Below, piece by piece: positions 48,627-57,284 of a stretch of DNA of 64,000 bases. Positions within the stretch are counted from its first letter, which is position 1. Each line of letters starts with the position of its first letter. A model generated the notes under the pieces. The model saw only the letters and a list, made by a program, of their open reading frames with translations, did no database searches and had not been told where the DNA came from. This stretch comes from a virus. Location of the stretch: IMG/VR virus record IMGVR_UViG_3300012928_000003, positions 2,619 to 66,618 of that record; one strand, 5' to 3'. A program made the position numbers and the translations under genes.

Positions 48627-50162
48627 ATGCCAAACACTATCACAACCAAAAACGATCTATTTACACTTTTCGAGGAAGTCTGGAAGGAACAGGAAAACAA
48701 CTTAACAAAGCAGCAGCGCTCCATGCTTTCAGACGATTTCTTTCAAAATACCTTGTTCGAGATTTTCTCAGGAATTGATTATGCTTCGATGTACGACCGT
48801 GCGGTTCTCCATGAGAACAAGTCTTGGCAAGATCTCATACAAGAACAGGAAGATGAGCCAACAGCTGAAGAGATTCGCTTGGGGTTGCCCAAGTTAAGAA
48901 TATCCGAGGATTGGGGCAAGCCAGGTTCGAACGATAGAATGATCATTCAAAGATTTACAGCTTCTATCCCTGGAGACAGTCTAAAACAGAAACTTGAATT
49001 TGTAAACGGAGTTGCTACTGGTAAGGTGCAGATGGCCAGCCTAGGTCAAATATTGGGCTCAATGGTCGTTTTGGAAGTTCTATATACTATTCTTGCACAG
49101 TTTACAGAATCAGCTGGTGGCTTTATTTTTGAAGGGTTTTTGGCCGGCTTGTTTGGAAAAAACTCGGTTCAAATCACAGATGTTGGTGAAGACGATGAAG
49201 GCGCCACAGGTAAGCCGATTACAGACGTTCAGCTTGGAGATAGAGAGTACTCTTTGAAGTTGTTAGGCCCTGGCACAGCCGTGAAGGGTTCTTGGAGAAA
49301 TATGACTGAGCACTTCGCCAGCCACAGGGACCATGTTGTTTATTTAGACGCCCGACGCTCTGGTAGGGGAGCCACTGATAGTCTTGAGTTCGGAGAATTT
49401 GTTATTACTTTGCCAAATTTTATGGAGATATTCTATGAGCCTTTCAAGGGTTTCGTACCACAAGAAGCACCAGTGAAAACAAAGGAAGAACTCATGAAAA
49501 CTCTGGAGAAGTACGGAGACTTAGCGTTCGGAGTCCAATTCGCGGGTCCTTTCGGAGGAAGAAGTAAGGGTGGTTTTAGCCTCAAGGGAGTAAAGAAAGA
49601 GAAAGACATGGCTATTTTAATGAGAGCCTTGGAAAAATATCCAGAAGAGGAGATAGACGCGAAAGTAATGTGGTCCAAGGAAGACTTCACAGCTAGTACG
49701 AAAGCAACATATCTTTTCGGTTCTGGTGCTCAATTCAATGCAGTACAAAGAGCCATCAAGTCCGGTGATAAAGGAGCTATCATCGCCGCCCTCAGAGAGA
49801 CTGATGGCTACATCAAGAAGAGGCAGTTTGAGTTTACCAGGAATCAAGCTGAGTCCATTGCAAACTTTGAACATCTGTCTACAATACTATTGGGCGAGGA
49901 TCAGCTTAAGAAAACTTGGGCCATCTATGGAGGTGTATTGAGAAGCACAGTAACTCCGGTTTACACGTCTCTCGCCAGATTTAACGAACAAGTCTCGAAG
50001 TATTTCATGGGTGCAACAGAGGGAGGTGATAGAAAATCTCTCGCTCTTGCGGCCCAGCAAGAACTTGGCACACTCAAAGAAGCAACTGATGAGGCCATCT
50101 CTGCCGTAGAGCAATCAGAGAAGGATGAGTACACACCAGAAAAAGTTGCAGCCGAAGAATAA
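48627..50162 (+). CDS. Hypothetical protein with possible PD-(D/E)xK-like core
   Basis: SD GAGGAG; GFIFEGFLAGL...ITDV......YSLK pattern. Confidence 0.5.
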   Translation: MPNTITTKNDLFTLFEEVWKEQENNLTKQQRSMLSDDFFQNTLFEIFSGIDYASMYDRAVLHENKSWQDLIQEQEDEPTAEEIRLGLPKLRISEDWGKPGSNDRMIIQRFTASIPGDSLKQKLEFVNGVATGKVQMASLGQILGSMVVLEVLYTILAQFTESAGGFIFEGFLAGLFGKNSVQITDVGEDDEGATGKPITDVQLGDREYSLKLLGPGTAVKGSWRNMTEHFASHRDHVVYLDARRSGRGATDSLEFGEFVITLPNFMEIFYEPFKGFVPQEAPVKTKEELMKTLEKYGDLAFGVQFAGPFGGRSKGGFSLKGVKKEKDMAILMRALEKYPEEEIDAKVMWSKEDFTASTKATYLFGSGAQFNAVQRAIKSGDKGAIIAALRETDGYIKKRQFEFTRNQAESIANFEHLSTILLGEDQLKKTWAIYGGVLRSTVTPVYTSLARFNEQVSKYFMGATEGGDRKSLALAAQQELGTLKEATDEAISAVEQSEKDEYTPEKVAAEE

Positions 50163-50168
50163 AACCCA

Positions 50169-50196
50169 TTGACAAATCTACAAAACGTGCTATAAT
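50169..50196 (+). promoter_or_regulatory. Sigma70-type promoter for groEL
   Basis: TTGACA-N16-TATAAT with extended -10 TG. Confidence 0.82.
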
Positions 50197-50222
50197 ATAC
50201 ATATCAATGAAAGCGAGGCACA

Positions 50223-51791
50223 ATGACCACACAACTAAGCCACGGAACCGAACTCCGCAACAAGGTTCTTGACGGCGTAAACACTCTTGCGGATTACGTA
50301 GCAACAACACTCGGACCTAAAGGACAGAATGTCCTTATCCACCAGAAGGATAGACGGCCATTTGTAACCAAGGACGGTGTTACTGTAGCACAGAACGTCA
50401 GCTTTGAAGATCCACATATGAATGCCGGAGCAGAAGTAGTGAAACAAGTATCTGCCATGACTAATGCAGAAGCAGGTGATGGTACCACTACATCCACTGT
50501 CCTAGCGAGAGAAATTCTAGTTCAAGCAAACAAGCACATTGCTTCTGGAACTTCTCCGATTGAAATCAAAAGAGGATTAGAGCAGTGTCTTAATGAGGCA
50601 GTTCAAGTCATAGAAGAAATTGCACAACCAATTTCTTCGGCAGAAGACGTAAAACATATCGCCACAATCTCAGCAAATAACGACGAAACTATCGGAACCC
50701 TTGTCGCGACAGCAGTAGACAAGGTGGGAAAGAATGGTTCTATTACTATCGAAGAGGCCCGCTCTCTGGAGACGAGCTTGGACCTTGTGGAGGGTTTTCG
50801 CTTTGACAGCGGGTATGCCGCTACTGCGTTCGTAACAGACGACAGGAGGGGTGTCTGCCGCTATGAGAGCCCAATGTTCCTGATTACCGATACAAAGATA
50901 GATCAGGTTAACCAAATTTTACCTGCATTAGAGATTGCAGCCCGAGAGAGCAGGCCATTCATTATTGTTGCGGAAGAAGTGGAAGGTCAAGCTTTGGCTG
51001 CACTAATTATGAATACTATGCGGGGATCCATGAAGGTCGCTGCCGTGAAAGCTCCTCGATATGGGGAGGAAAGAAGGGCTATAATGAGTGACCTAGCGGT
51101 CTCAACAGGTGCTAAATTTTTTCAACAATCACTGGGGCACAACCTTACTGAAGTGTCATTAACTGATTTTGGAAAAGCAGCAAGTGTGGAGATCACCAAG
51201 AACACCACTACGGTTGTTGATGGTGAAGGAGACTATGAAAAAGTTGATGAGACCATTGATCGTATCAAGGTCGATATACAGCAAACTGAAGATATGCATG
51301 TGGCAGCGCGACTCCAAGAGCGTGTTACTCGTCTCTCTTCTGGGGTTGCTATCATCCGTGTTGGCGCTTCTTCTGAAGTAGAGATGATTGAAAAAAAGCA
51401 TCGAATTGAAGATGCTTTAGAAGCAGTCAGATCAGCCCAACAAGAAGGAATCGTACCGGGAGGTGGGATGACCCTGCTTCGTGTATCTAATGCAATCGCA
51501 CCAAATTTTGCAACTGAGGAACAGTCAGCTGCATTTTCTATCTTTAAGCGAGCACTTGAGGCGCCTTTTAAGATGATGTCAACAAATGCCGGACTCCCAC
51601 CAGAGGTCAGCATACTTAGAGTTAACGATGCAGATGACTGGATGGGAATTAATTTCTCTTGCGGTAAAGTAGAAGATTTGAAAGTTGCAGGTGTCTTAGA
51701 CCCTGCAAAGGTGACCCGATGCGCATTAAAGAACGCTGTGTCTGTAGCTGGAACTCTTTTATTAACAAACCATAGTATTGTCCACCAGTAG
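50223..51791 (+). CDS. groEL: Chaperonin GroEL
   Basis: TLGPKG, TKDGVTVA, AGDGTTT, KAPRYG, GIVPGGG, LDPAKV; lacks the GGM tail. Confidence 0.96.
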   Translation: MTTQLSHGTELRNKVLDGVNTLADYVATTLGPKGQNVLIHQKDRRPFVTKDGVTVAQNVSFEDPHMNAGAEVVKQVSAMTNAEAGDGTTTSTVLAREILVQANKHIASGTSPIEIKRGLEQCLNEAVQVIEEIAQPISSAEDVKHIATISANNDETIGTLVATAVDKVGKNGSITIEEARSLETSLDLVEGFRFDSGYAATAFVTDDRRGVCRYESPMFLITDTKIDQVNQILPALEIAARESRPFIIVAEEVEGQALAALIMNTMRGSMKVAAVKAPRYGEERRAIMSDLAVSTGAKFFQQSLGHNLTEVSLTDFGKAASVEITKNTTTVVDGEGDYEKVDETIDRIKVDIQQTEDMHVAARLQERVTRLSSGVAIIRVGASSEVEMIEKKHRIEDALEAVRSAQQEGIVPGGGMTLLRVSNAIAPNFATEEQSAAFSIFKRALEAPFKMMSTNAGLPPEVSILRVNDADDWMGINFSCGKVEDLKVAGVLDPAKVTRCALKNAVSVAGTLLLTNHSIVHQ

Positions 51792-51793
51792 TA

Positions 51794-51803
51794 ACTATTT
51801 ATT
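51794..51803 (+). promoter_or_regulatory. Putative late promoter (ACTATTTATT)
   Basis: Immediately after the groEL stop, upstream of the holin-like gene. Confidence 0.62.
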
Positions 51804-51822
51804 CTTGCGGAGGGCCAACTTC

Positions 51823-52089
51823 ATGGTAGAGCAAGATTATATGCTAGAAATGCAGTCAAAACTTGATAAAGTTTGCAACGGCATTGAAGTCATGAGTGAC
51901 AAACAAGAGCAAATGTCAGAAGACATTGCAAAAATAAAAGAAGCAGTCTATAATCCAGACCAAGGATTGTATGCTAGAATTAGAGAGTTAGAAGCCTGGA
52001 GAAGAACATCATCCAGAATGATTTGGACACTGTTCACAACCATTATTGGTTTAATTGGAGCTTTTATATTAAAAAACTTAGGAGTTTAA
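51823..52089 (+). CDS. Coiled-coil protein with C-terminal TM helix (XhlA/holin-like)
   Basis: SD GGAGG before ATG 51823; heptads, GLYARIRELE, then IWTLFTTIIGLIGAFIL. Confidence 0.55.
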   Translation: MVEQDYMLEMQSKLDKVCNGIEVMSDKQEQMSEDIAKIKEAVYNPDQGLYARIRELEAWRRTSSRMIWTLFTTIIGLIGAFILKNLGV

Positions 52090-52377
52090 ATGCTGGTAGA
52101 AATTAAAAAGTTGTTAATCGAAAACGAAGGTTATAAAAGAAACATAAGATTGGAAAGGATGTATGTTAATTCTAACAGCATTGTTTCGATATCTGATTAT
52201 GACGGCGCTGAAAAATTTTTGTTGAGAGAAAATTCGAAACTTTCAAAGGAAAGCTTTTCCCTTATTAAACTAAATGAGGGCGGAAAAACACAGGAAATCA
52301 TTGCCTACGGTTCTGCGGACCAATTATATAGTGCTATAGGTAATTTTCAAACCGGAAAGAGAATTTTAAATGACTGA
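52090..52377 (+). CDS. Hypothetical protein
   Basis: SD AGGAG; coupled in the operon. Confidence 0.6.
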   Translation: MLVEIKKLLIENEGYKRNIRLERMYVNSNSIVSISDYDGAEKFLLRENSKLSKESFSLIKLNEGGKTQEIIAYGSADQLYSAIGNFQTGKRILND

Positions 52378-52612
52378 CAAATTTATTATTATTGGAAGAT
52401 CAACGTGTCCATTCTGTGTAAAAGCAATAGAATATTGTACAGCCAAGGGGACACAATATGATTTTTTAGATTATGCACATCAGCCTCACGCTTTGCAAGA
52501 ATATAAAGATTTTCATAATCACCCGACTGTGCCGATCATTCTTGCGAACAACCTACAGACAGGCCACACCAAAAAGATAGGAGGATACTCTGACCTTTTG
52601 GAGTACCTATAG
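52370..52612 (+). CDS. Glutaredoxin
   Basis: CPFC, TVP, IGGYSDL. Confidence 0.92.
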   Translation: MTDKFIIIGRSTCPFCVKAIEYCTAKGTQYDFLDYAHQPHALQEYKDFHNHPTVPIILANNLQTGHTKKIGGYSDLLEYL

Positions 52613-52947
52613 TGAAGGGGCAGGAAGTACCAATAAAATTAAGTGTTTTAGAACTTCTTTACAAAGGCCTGGAGCCAATTAGAGATAGACTAGAGTGCCT
52701 ACTAAGAGACTATTACTCACAGTTAATAAAACTTTCACAAGCAGAGTTAACAGCTTTGTTGGAATTTCGATCTGCGGCAGCCACAGTCCAGTTGTTGGTT
52801 GATGACTACCTAGAGCAAGCTGAAGAGTCCAAAGTTGACACTTTGTATTTGCCCGCAAAAGAGTTCGATCTTTTGTTAAATTTGTCAAAAACAGTTGAAA
52901 TTAGCGCAAAGATGCCAATAGCAAATTCAGGGATGTGGGTGCACTAA
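52612..52947 (+). CDS. Hypothetical protein
   Basis: SD GGAG, GTG start overlapping the grx stop. Confidence 0.55.
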   Translation: MKGQEVPIKLSVLELLYKGLEPIRDRLECLLRDYYSQLIKLSQAELTALLEFRSAAATVQLLVDDYLEQAEESKVDTLYLPAKEFDLLLNLSKTVEISAKMPIANSGMWVH

Positions 52948-53282
52948 TGATGTATTTGGGTATATTTTTAGTTTTTGTGGGCCAAGTTAGCGGCTGGTTT
53001 CAACTAAACGCACAATATCTATCAGAATGGTGGAAAGATAAGCCCCTATCGGCAGCAGTTCTACTAGGAGTACCAACATCAGTTGCTTTTTGGTATGCTT
53101 GGAGGATCATTGTAGATCAAACCGGTTCCGCTTGGACAGCCAGGTTTATCGGCTCGTCGGCCGGAATTATAGTATTTCCAATTTTAACTTGGTTCTTATT
53201 AGGCGAATCCATGTTCACACCTAAAACGATGATATGCCTAGGTTTGGCAATTATTATTATGCTAATTCAACTTTTCTATTGA
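52947..53282 (+). CDS. Small multi-pass membrane protein (DMT/SMR-like)
   Basis: Four hydrophobic helices; LTWFLLGE...K..I.L resembles the DMT C-terminus. Confidence 0.6.
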   Translation: MMYLGIFLVFVGQVSGWFQLNAQYLSEWWKDKPLSAAVLLGVPTSVAFWYAWRIIVDQTGSAWTARFIGSSAGIIVFPILTWFLLGESMFTPKTMICLGLAIIIMLIQLFY

Positions 53283-53306
53283 CAACTAAAACACCGTGCT
53301 TACATT
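53279..53306 (+). promoter_or_regulatory. Sigma70-type promoter for hsp20
   Basis: TTGACA-N16-TACATT. Confidence 0.6.
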
Positions 53307-53311
53307 ATCTA

Positions 53312-53378
53312 TGTAGCCAAGTTGCCGTAAGGGACTGAGCTACAAAAATGTAACTTGCTTAATAAGGAGGAATATAAA
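53312..53378 (+). promoter_or_regulatory. ROSE-like RNA thermometer in the hsp20 5' UTR
   Basis: 5' hairpin TGTAGC...GTAA...GCTACA, then CTTGCTT-AAT-AAGGAG pairing the SD with a bulged G. Confidence 0.65.
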
Positions 53379-53813
53379 ATGAATGCAATTACTACATACC
53401 GACCTGGTCTACTAGGCCATCAAGTTATCAACGAGGTGTTTGATAATTTTTTCAACGATGGGGATCTGTTCTCCAATGTTCTCAAGCAATCCACAAAAGG
53501 CTATCCCGTTGCCGACATTTATCGAGACGACGATGGTTCTACAGTGTTGGAGTTTGCCCTAGCGGGGTTCAAGAAGAAAGAACTGTCCGTGGACATTCAG
53601 CCTGGGAAGAGAACGATCACTATCACTGGCCAAGTCGACGAGAAGAACCCAAAGAGGCAAAGGATTGCTCGCAGGAACTTTACAAGAACATTTGTAAACT
53701 ATGATGATAATCTTGACTTGGAAGAAGCAGAAGCTCAGTTTGAAAATGGTCTATTGACTGTTAGAGTTCCGCAAAGGCCAGAGGCCCAACCTTTGACTAT
53801 TGAAATCAAGTGA
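53379..53813 (+). CDS. Small heat shock protein Hsp20
   Basis: YP..DI, ALAGF, IARRNFTRTF, A.FENGLLTV; start moved to the ATG after SD AAGGAGG. Confidence 0.93.
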   Translation: MNAITTYRPGLLGHQVINEVFDNFFNDGDLFSNVLKQSTKGYPVADIYRDDDGSTVLEFALAGFKKKELSVDIQPGKRTITITGQVDEKNPKRQRIARRNFTRTFVNYDDNLDLEEAEAQFENGLLTVRVPQRPEAQPLTIEIK

Positions 53814-53818
53814 TTTCT

Positions 53819-53848
53819 GGGGAGCTTTTTAGCTCCCCTTTTCTTTTT
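53819..53848 (+). terminator. Rho-independent terminator
   Basis: GGGGAGCT-TTTT-AGCTCCCC followed by a U tract. Confidence 0.88.
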
Positions 53849-53852
53849 CCCA

Positions 53853-53881
53853 TTGACTATTTATAGTAAAAAGGCTATAAT
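53853..53881 (+). promoter_or_regulatory. Overlapping sigma70 promoter and late motif
   Basis: TTGACT-N17-TATAAT with ACTATTTATA nested at 53856. Confidence 0.7.
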
Positions 53882-53887
53882 ACTACT

Positions 53888-55666
53888 ATGAATTTCAACA
53901 ACACATGGCGAAAGTATATCGCAAAGCCCTCAAAACCAAAGTTGTCTCTTCTTATGGAGCAATATTTGGCTTCCCGGCAACTTATTCTTGAAGGGAGGCT
54001 CTCCATAGCTAAAACTGCTGCACCAAAGGCAGATGAGTCAGGTGCTATCGACGATATGTTAATGTCTCTGAAGTCGGAATTTGGAGAAAAGGATGCTGGA
54101 AAATATCTCCTGTTCGCAGCAATAGCCCTAGAACAAGGATATTCACAAGGCCTGGACCCAACAAAGCGCTTTAAAGAGGTGCTAGAATTGTTGGTAAAGT
54201 TTCACATGAACCAAAATAGAAAAGTAAACAGAGTCTATCAACAGAGGCTCCCACAAAGAGATATAAACAAGTATGACTTTGAGTCGCTCTCCAAGGCTCT
54301 TTACGCTGCCAGCGGCAAGCAGCACGCAGACGAGAACTCAGAGTTCGTGTACAAGGCCAATGGCATCTCAGCTCTGCGCCCGCTGACCACAAGGGCTGCT
54401 TGTTTCTTGGGTGGCGAGCAATGGTGCATCACAAGAACAGAAAAGAAGAACTTCTTCAGCAAATACACAGAGGAAGAAAGCAAGGCTTTTGTGCTTGTTA
54501 GGTTTGATGGTATCCCTGTCGACTCGGTGAATCACGAGATTGTTTTGCAGTTCTCCGGACCTGGCGAGCCTGAGCTTGAGATGTGGTGGGACGGTGAGAA
54601 CGAGAGCCATTCAGATGGTAAGCTTGAAAATGTAATGGCGGAACACCTAGAAGGTATGGGGCCCGATTTCCAGATAGAACTACAAGACGATTACTTCGAG
54701 ACGGCAGGCTCTGGAGGGTCAGACCCAGCACATGATTTATTCTTGGACTTGCACGAAGCTGCATTCGAAGTTGTAAAAATGAATCCACCAGAAGATATTC
54801 TACCGCGTATAGAGAGGCAGGCAGCAGAAGAGGCAGAAGCATTCAAAGCACAGACTCAGAACGTAGAGCTTTCTTATGAAGTCAGAAGAGATTTAGCTGA
54901 TGAGATATCCGTTTTCTTTGCGGCCACCTTACAGCTAGAGTTCTATGACGAAAGATTCGAAGAGTTCCTAAAGGGCAAGGACAAGAATTTTTATGCCAAG
55001 CTAGGTCAAGACTTAGAAACTTACATGAAGCAAACCGGTATGGCAAATCTACAACTGAAACAGTTCTTTGCACGATATCGAGCAGGATCCATCATGATAT
55101 GGCTTGATATATCGGCCACCACGTCGGTCGTTCAAGAAGGTTACAACCTTGAGGGCTTCATATCTTTTCTTTCAGATGCTAAGGATGCAGAGCAAACTGA
55201 TGCGCCAGAAATAATAAACGCACTTACACAAATGATTGCAGCCAGAGCAAAGAACGAGGGGGTAGAACCAGTGGATAGTCAAAACGAGAATACATTTTAC
55301 AAGGACCTAGAAAAGCAACTCCTTGGAGAAGAAAAAGGCAGAAGTAGGCAGCGCGGCATCTATAAGTTTCACTGCATGATTTCCTACAGCATCACGGCCG
55401 ACTCTGAAAGATCAAGAGGCCTTGATGATATACTAGCAGATATGCGCGCTCTTCCAAACGTAACGATAGTTACGGTTGCGATCAAGAACCAAAAAATAGC
55501 AGAAGGTAGATACATAGCTGGCCTCGCAGTCAAATTTATTCCTTCAACCCCTGGAGACATGAACCAGCCAGAACTTACAAAAGCAAGAATCGTTAGAGAT
55601 ATCAAAAGATTAACAAACGTATTATCACTCTTTAAACTATCAGCCGGTCTAACAAGGTTAGAGTAA
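53888..55666 (+). CDS. Large hypothetical protein, putative virion-internal protein
   Basis: No SD (probably leaderless); N-terminal WRKY and LxE motifs; P.T..AAC.LG...WC core. Confidence 0.6.
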   Translation: MNFNNTWRKYIAKPSKPKLSLLMEQYLASRQLILEGRLSIAKTAAPKADESGAIDDMLMSLKSEFGEKDAGKYLLFAAIALEQGYSQGLDPTKRFKEVLELLVKFHMNQNRKVNRVYQQRLPQRDINKYDFESLSKALYAASGKQHADENSEFVYKANGISALRPLTTRAACFLGGEQWCITRTEKKNFFSKYTEEESKAFVLVRFDGIPVDSVNHEIVLQFSGPGEPELEMWWDGENESHSDGKLENVMAEHLEGMGPDFQIELQDDYFETAGSGGSDPAHDLFLDLHEAAFEVVKMNPPEDILPRIERQAAEEAEAFKAQTQNVELSYEVRRDLADEISVFFAATLQLEFYDERFEEFLKGKDKNFYAKLGQDLETYMKQTGMANLQLKQFFARYRAGSIMIWLDISATTSVVQEGYNLEGFISFLSDAKDAEQTDAPEIINALTQMIAARAKNEGVEPVDSQNENTFYKDLEKQLLGEEKGRSRQRGIYKFHCMISYSITADSERSRGLDDILADMRALPNVTIVTVAIKNQKIAEGRYIAGLAVKFIPSTPGDMNQPELTKARIVRDIKRLTNVLSLFKLSAGLTRLE

Positions 55667-56265
55667 TGCTAAGAACACCGCAAGAACATAAAAGACAAAA
55701 TGTCAAGCAACTTTTCAACAAAATATTAAAAGATTCCAAAACAAAACTTAAGCCGATCTCAATCGCAGCATCAGAATCTTTGAATGATGACTTTACAACT
55801 ACCGAGTTTTCTTTTGAAGAATCAGGATATCACCAGAGAATAATTTCAAAAGAGTCCAGCGGAAAAGGATTCGTTGATGGTCTCTTCCACGGTCTTTACT
55901 CGAACTACATTGAAGAATATCCTAGTCTTGAAAAAATAAAATTGATAGACATAAAAGTCAACCCAATTATGAAAGCAACAAGAACTTTGGGGTCAGATGC
56001 AAAGGCATCGGTTATTTTCAGTGTAGAGGTCAATGGTCACGGCGTAGCAGAATTCCAACACAAATCAAGGTCTATGATTTATTCAGGCTTTGTGTCCGCA
56101 CTCGAAGCGTTTCAATTTTACATAAATTGCGAACGAACCTTCCACAAAATACAGGTAATCGTAGAAGATGCAAGACTGCGTAACAGGGGAGATATAGTGC
56201 AGTCTTGCCTGACAGATCTTAGCAAACTTACAGAGGTTAACACTTATGAAAAAAAGAAAGATTGA
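55666..56265 (+). CDS. Stand-alone LeuA/CimA allosteric (regulatory) domain-like protein
   Basis: GKGFVDGLFHGL...YPSLEKIKLIDIKV...GSDAKASV mirrors GNGPVxAL...YPxLxxxKLxDYKV...GTxAxVxV of the isopropylmalate/citramalate synthase C-domain. Confidence 0.6.
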   Translation: MLRTPQEHKRQNVKQLFNKILKDSKTKLKPISIAASESLNDDFTTTEFSFEESGYHQRIISKESSGKGFVDGLFHGLYSNYIEEYPSLEKIKLIDIKVNPIMKATRTLGSDAKASVIFSVEVNGHGVAEFQHKSRSMIYSGFVSALEAFQFYINCERTFHKIQVIVEDARLRNRGDIVQSCLTDLSKLTEVNTYEKKKD

Positions 56266-56332
56266 GTGGAGACTTTTGGCGGCTTCATTGTTTTTTGCAA
56301 TGACACTGTATATTTTCAAGAATTACATGTAG
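56246..56332 (+). CDS. 28-aa membrane peptide
   Basis: SD GAGGT; MKKRKIEWRLLAASLFFAMTLYIFKNYM*. Confidence 0.5.
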   Translation: MKKRKIEWRLLAASLFFAMTLYIFKNYM

Positions 56333-56375
56333 AGTCTGATACACTGTTTCCTAATTAAAATAGGGGGCAGACAGC

Positions 56376-56699
56376 TTGAGTAACAAGGAAGATCTTAGTA
56401 TTGGTGACTTAGTTACACACGTCCTGTACGGACGCGGCTGGATAGGTGTAATTTTAGATTTTAGAAAGAAAAATACAAAAACCAGAGATAAAAGAAAGGC
56501 TCAAGCATTAGTACAGATCCAACCCGGAACCGAACACGAAGGTTTTTTTAAGAGGTGTTCTGAACTTGATAGGGTGAATGATAACCTAGGATATGTATCA
56601 ATTCACTGGCTGTTTAAGGTTAAAGAAAAGAATGGAAACACTGGATCTTCACGGAATAAAACATCACCAAGTAGACGAAATAGTGAGAAGTTATCTTAA
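56376..56699 (+). CDS. Hypothetical SH3/KOW-like protein
   Basis: LSIGDLV...WIGVI; SD GGGG, TTG start. Confidence 0.55.
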   Translation: MSNKEDLSIGDLVTHVLYGRGWIGVILDFRKKNTKTRDKRKAQALVQIQPGTEHEGFFKRCSELDRVNDNLGYVSIHWLFKVKEKNGNTGSSRNKTSPSRRNSEKLS

Positions 56700-56850
56700 C
56701 TTTATAGAGTTGCCGTGTCAAATAATAACAGGCAATTCACCTCACATGAAAGATATAGTTAAAAAAGTTGTAGAAGATTATGAATGGTTTTGCTACGAGA
56801 AAGATAATTATAACTACGGAACATTGGTTATAGTAGAGAAAAAGGTATGA
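56632..56850 (+). CDS. Stand-alone Smr domain protein
   Basis: TLDLHG, IITGNS, N.G motifs. Confidence 0.8.
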   Translation: METLDLHGIKHHQVDEIVRSYLNFIELPCQIITGNSPHMKDIVKKVVEDYEWFCYEKDNYNYGTLVIVEKKV

Positions 56851-57284
56851 AGGGATGGAAGCCAGTATACATTGAAAACAGTAAGATTCCTGTGTGGTTG
56901 TCTTATATTGCACCGATAGAGATTTGGGCTATATCTTTTGGGTGGTTTGTATGGTGTAGGGGAACCATGTCCGAGGTAACAAAGAGACACGAGTGTATAC
57001 ATTTTCAGCAGCAATTAGAACTAGCCTTCGCTGGACAGTGGATTTTATACGCCTTATCATGGCTACACGGGCTTTGGAAGTACAAAGATCCAGCAGTCGC
57101 TTATAGGGAATGTATCTTCGAAAGAGAAGCATATTCCAACGACTACATAGAAGACTACTTAGAGAACAGGCCCCGATATGCTTGGGTCAAACACTGGAGG
57201 GATGATAAAGATGATTATAAAGAGAGGATCAAAAGGGCAAGACGTGATAGAATTGCAGCTCGCTCTAAAAACGCTAGGTTATAA
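56847..57284 (+). CDS. HExxH zinc metallopeptidase-like protein
   Basis: RHECIHFQQQ...AY...FEREAY. Confidence 0.65.
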   Translation: MKGWKPVYIENSKIPVWLSYIAPIEIWAISFGWFVWCRGTMSEVTKRHECIHFQQQLELAFAGQWILYALSWLHGLWKYKDPAVAYRECIFEREAYSNDYIEDYLENRPRYAWVKHWRDDKDDYKERIKRARRDRIAARSKNARL

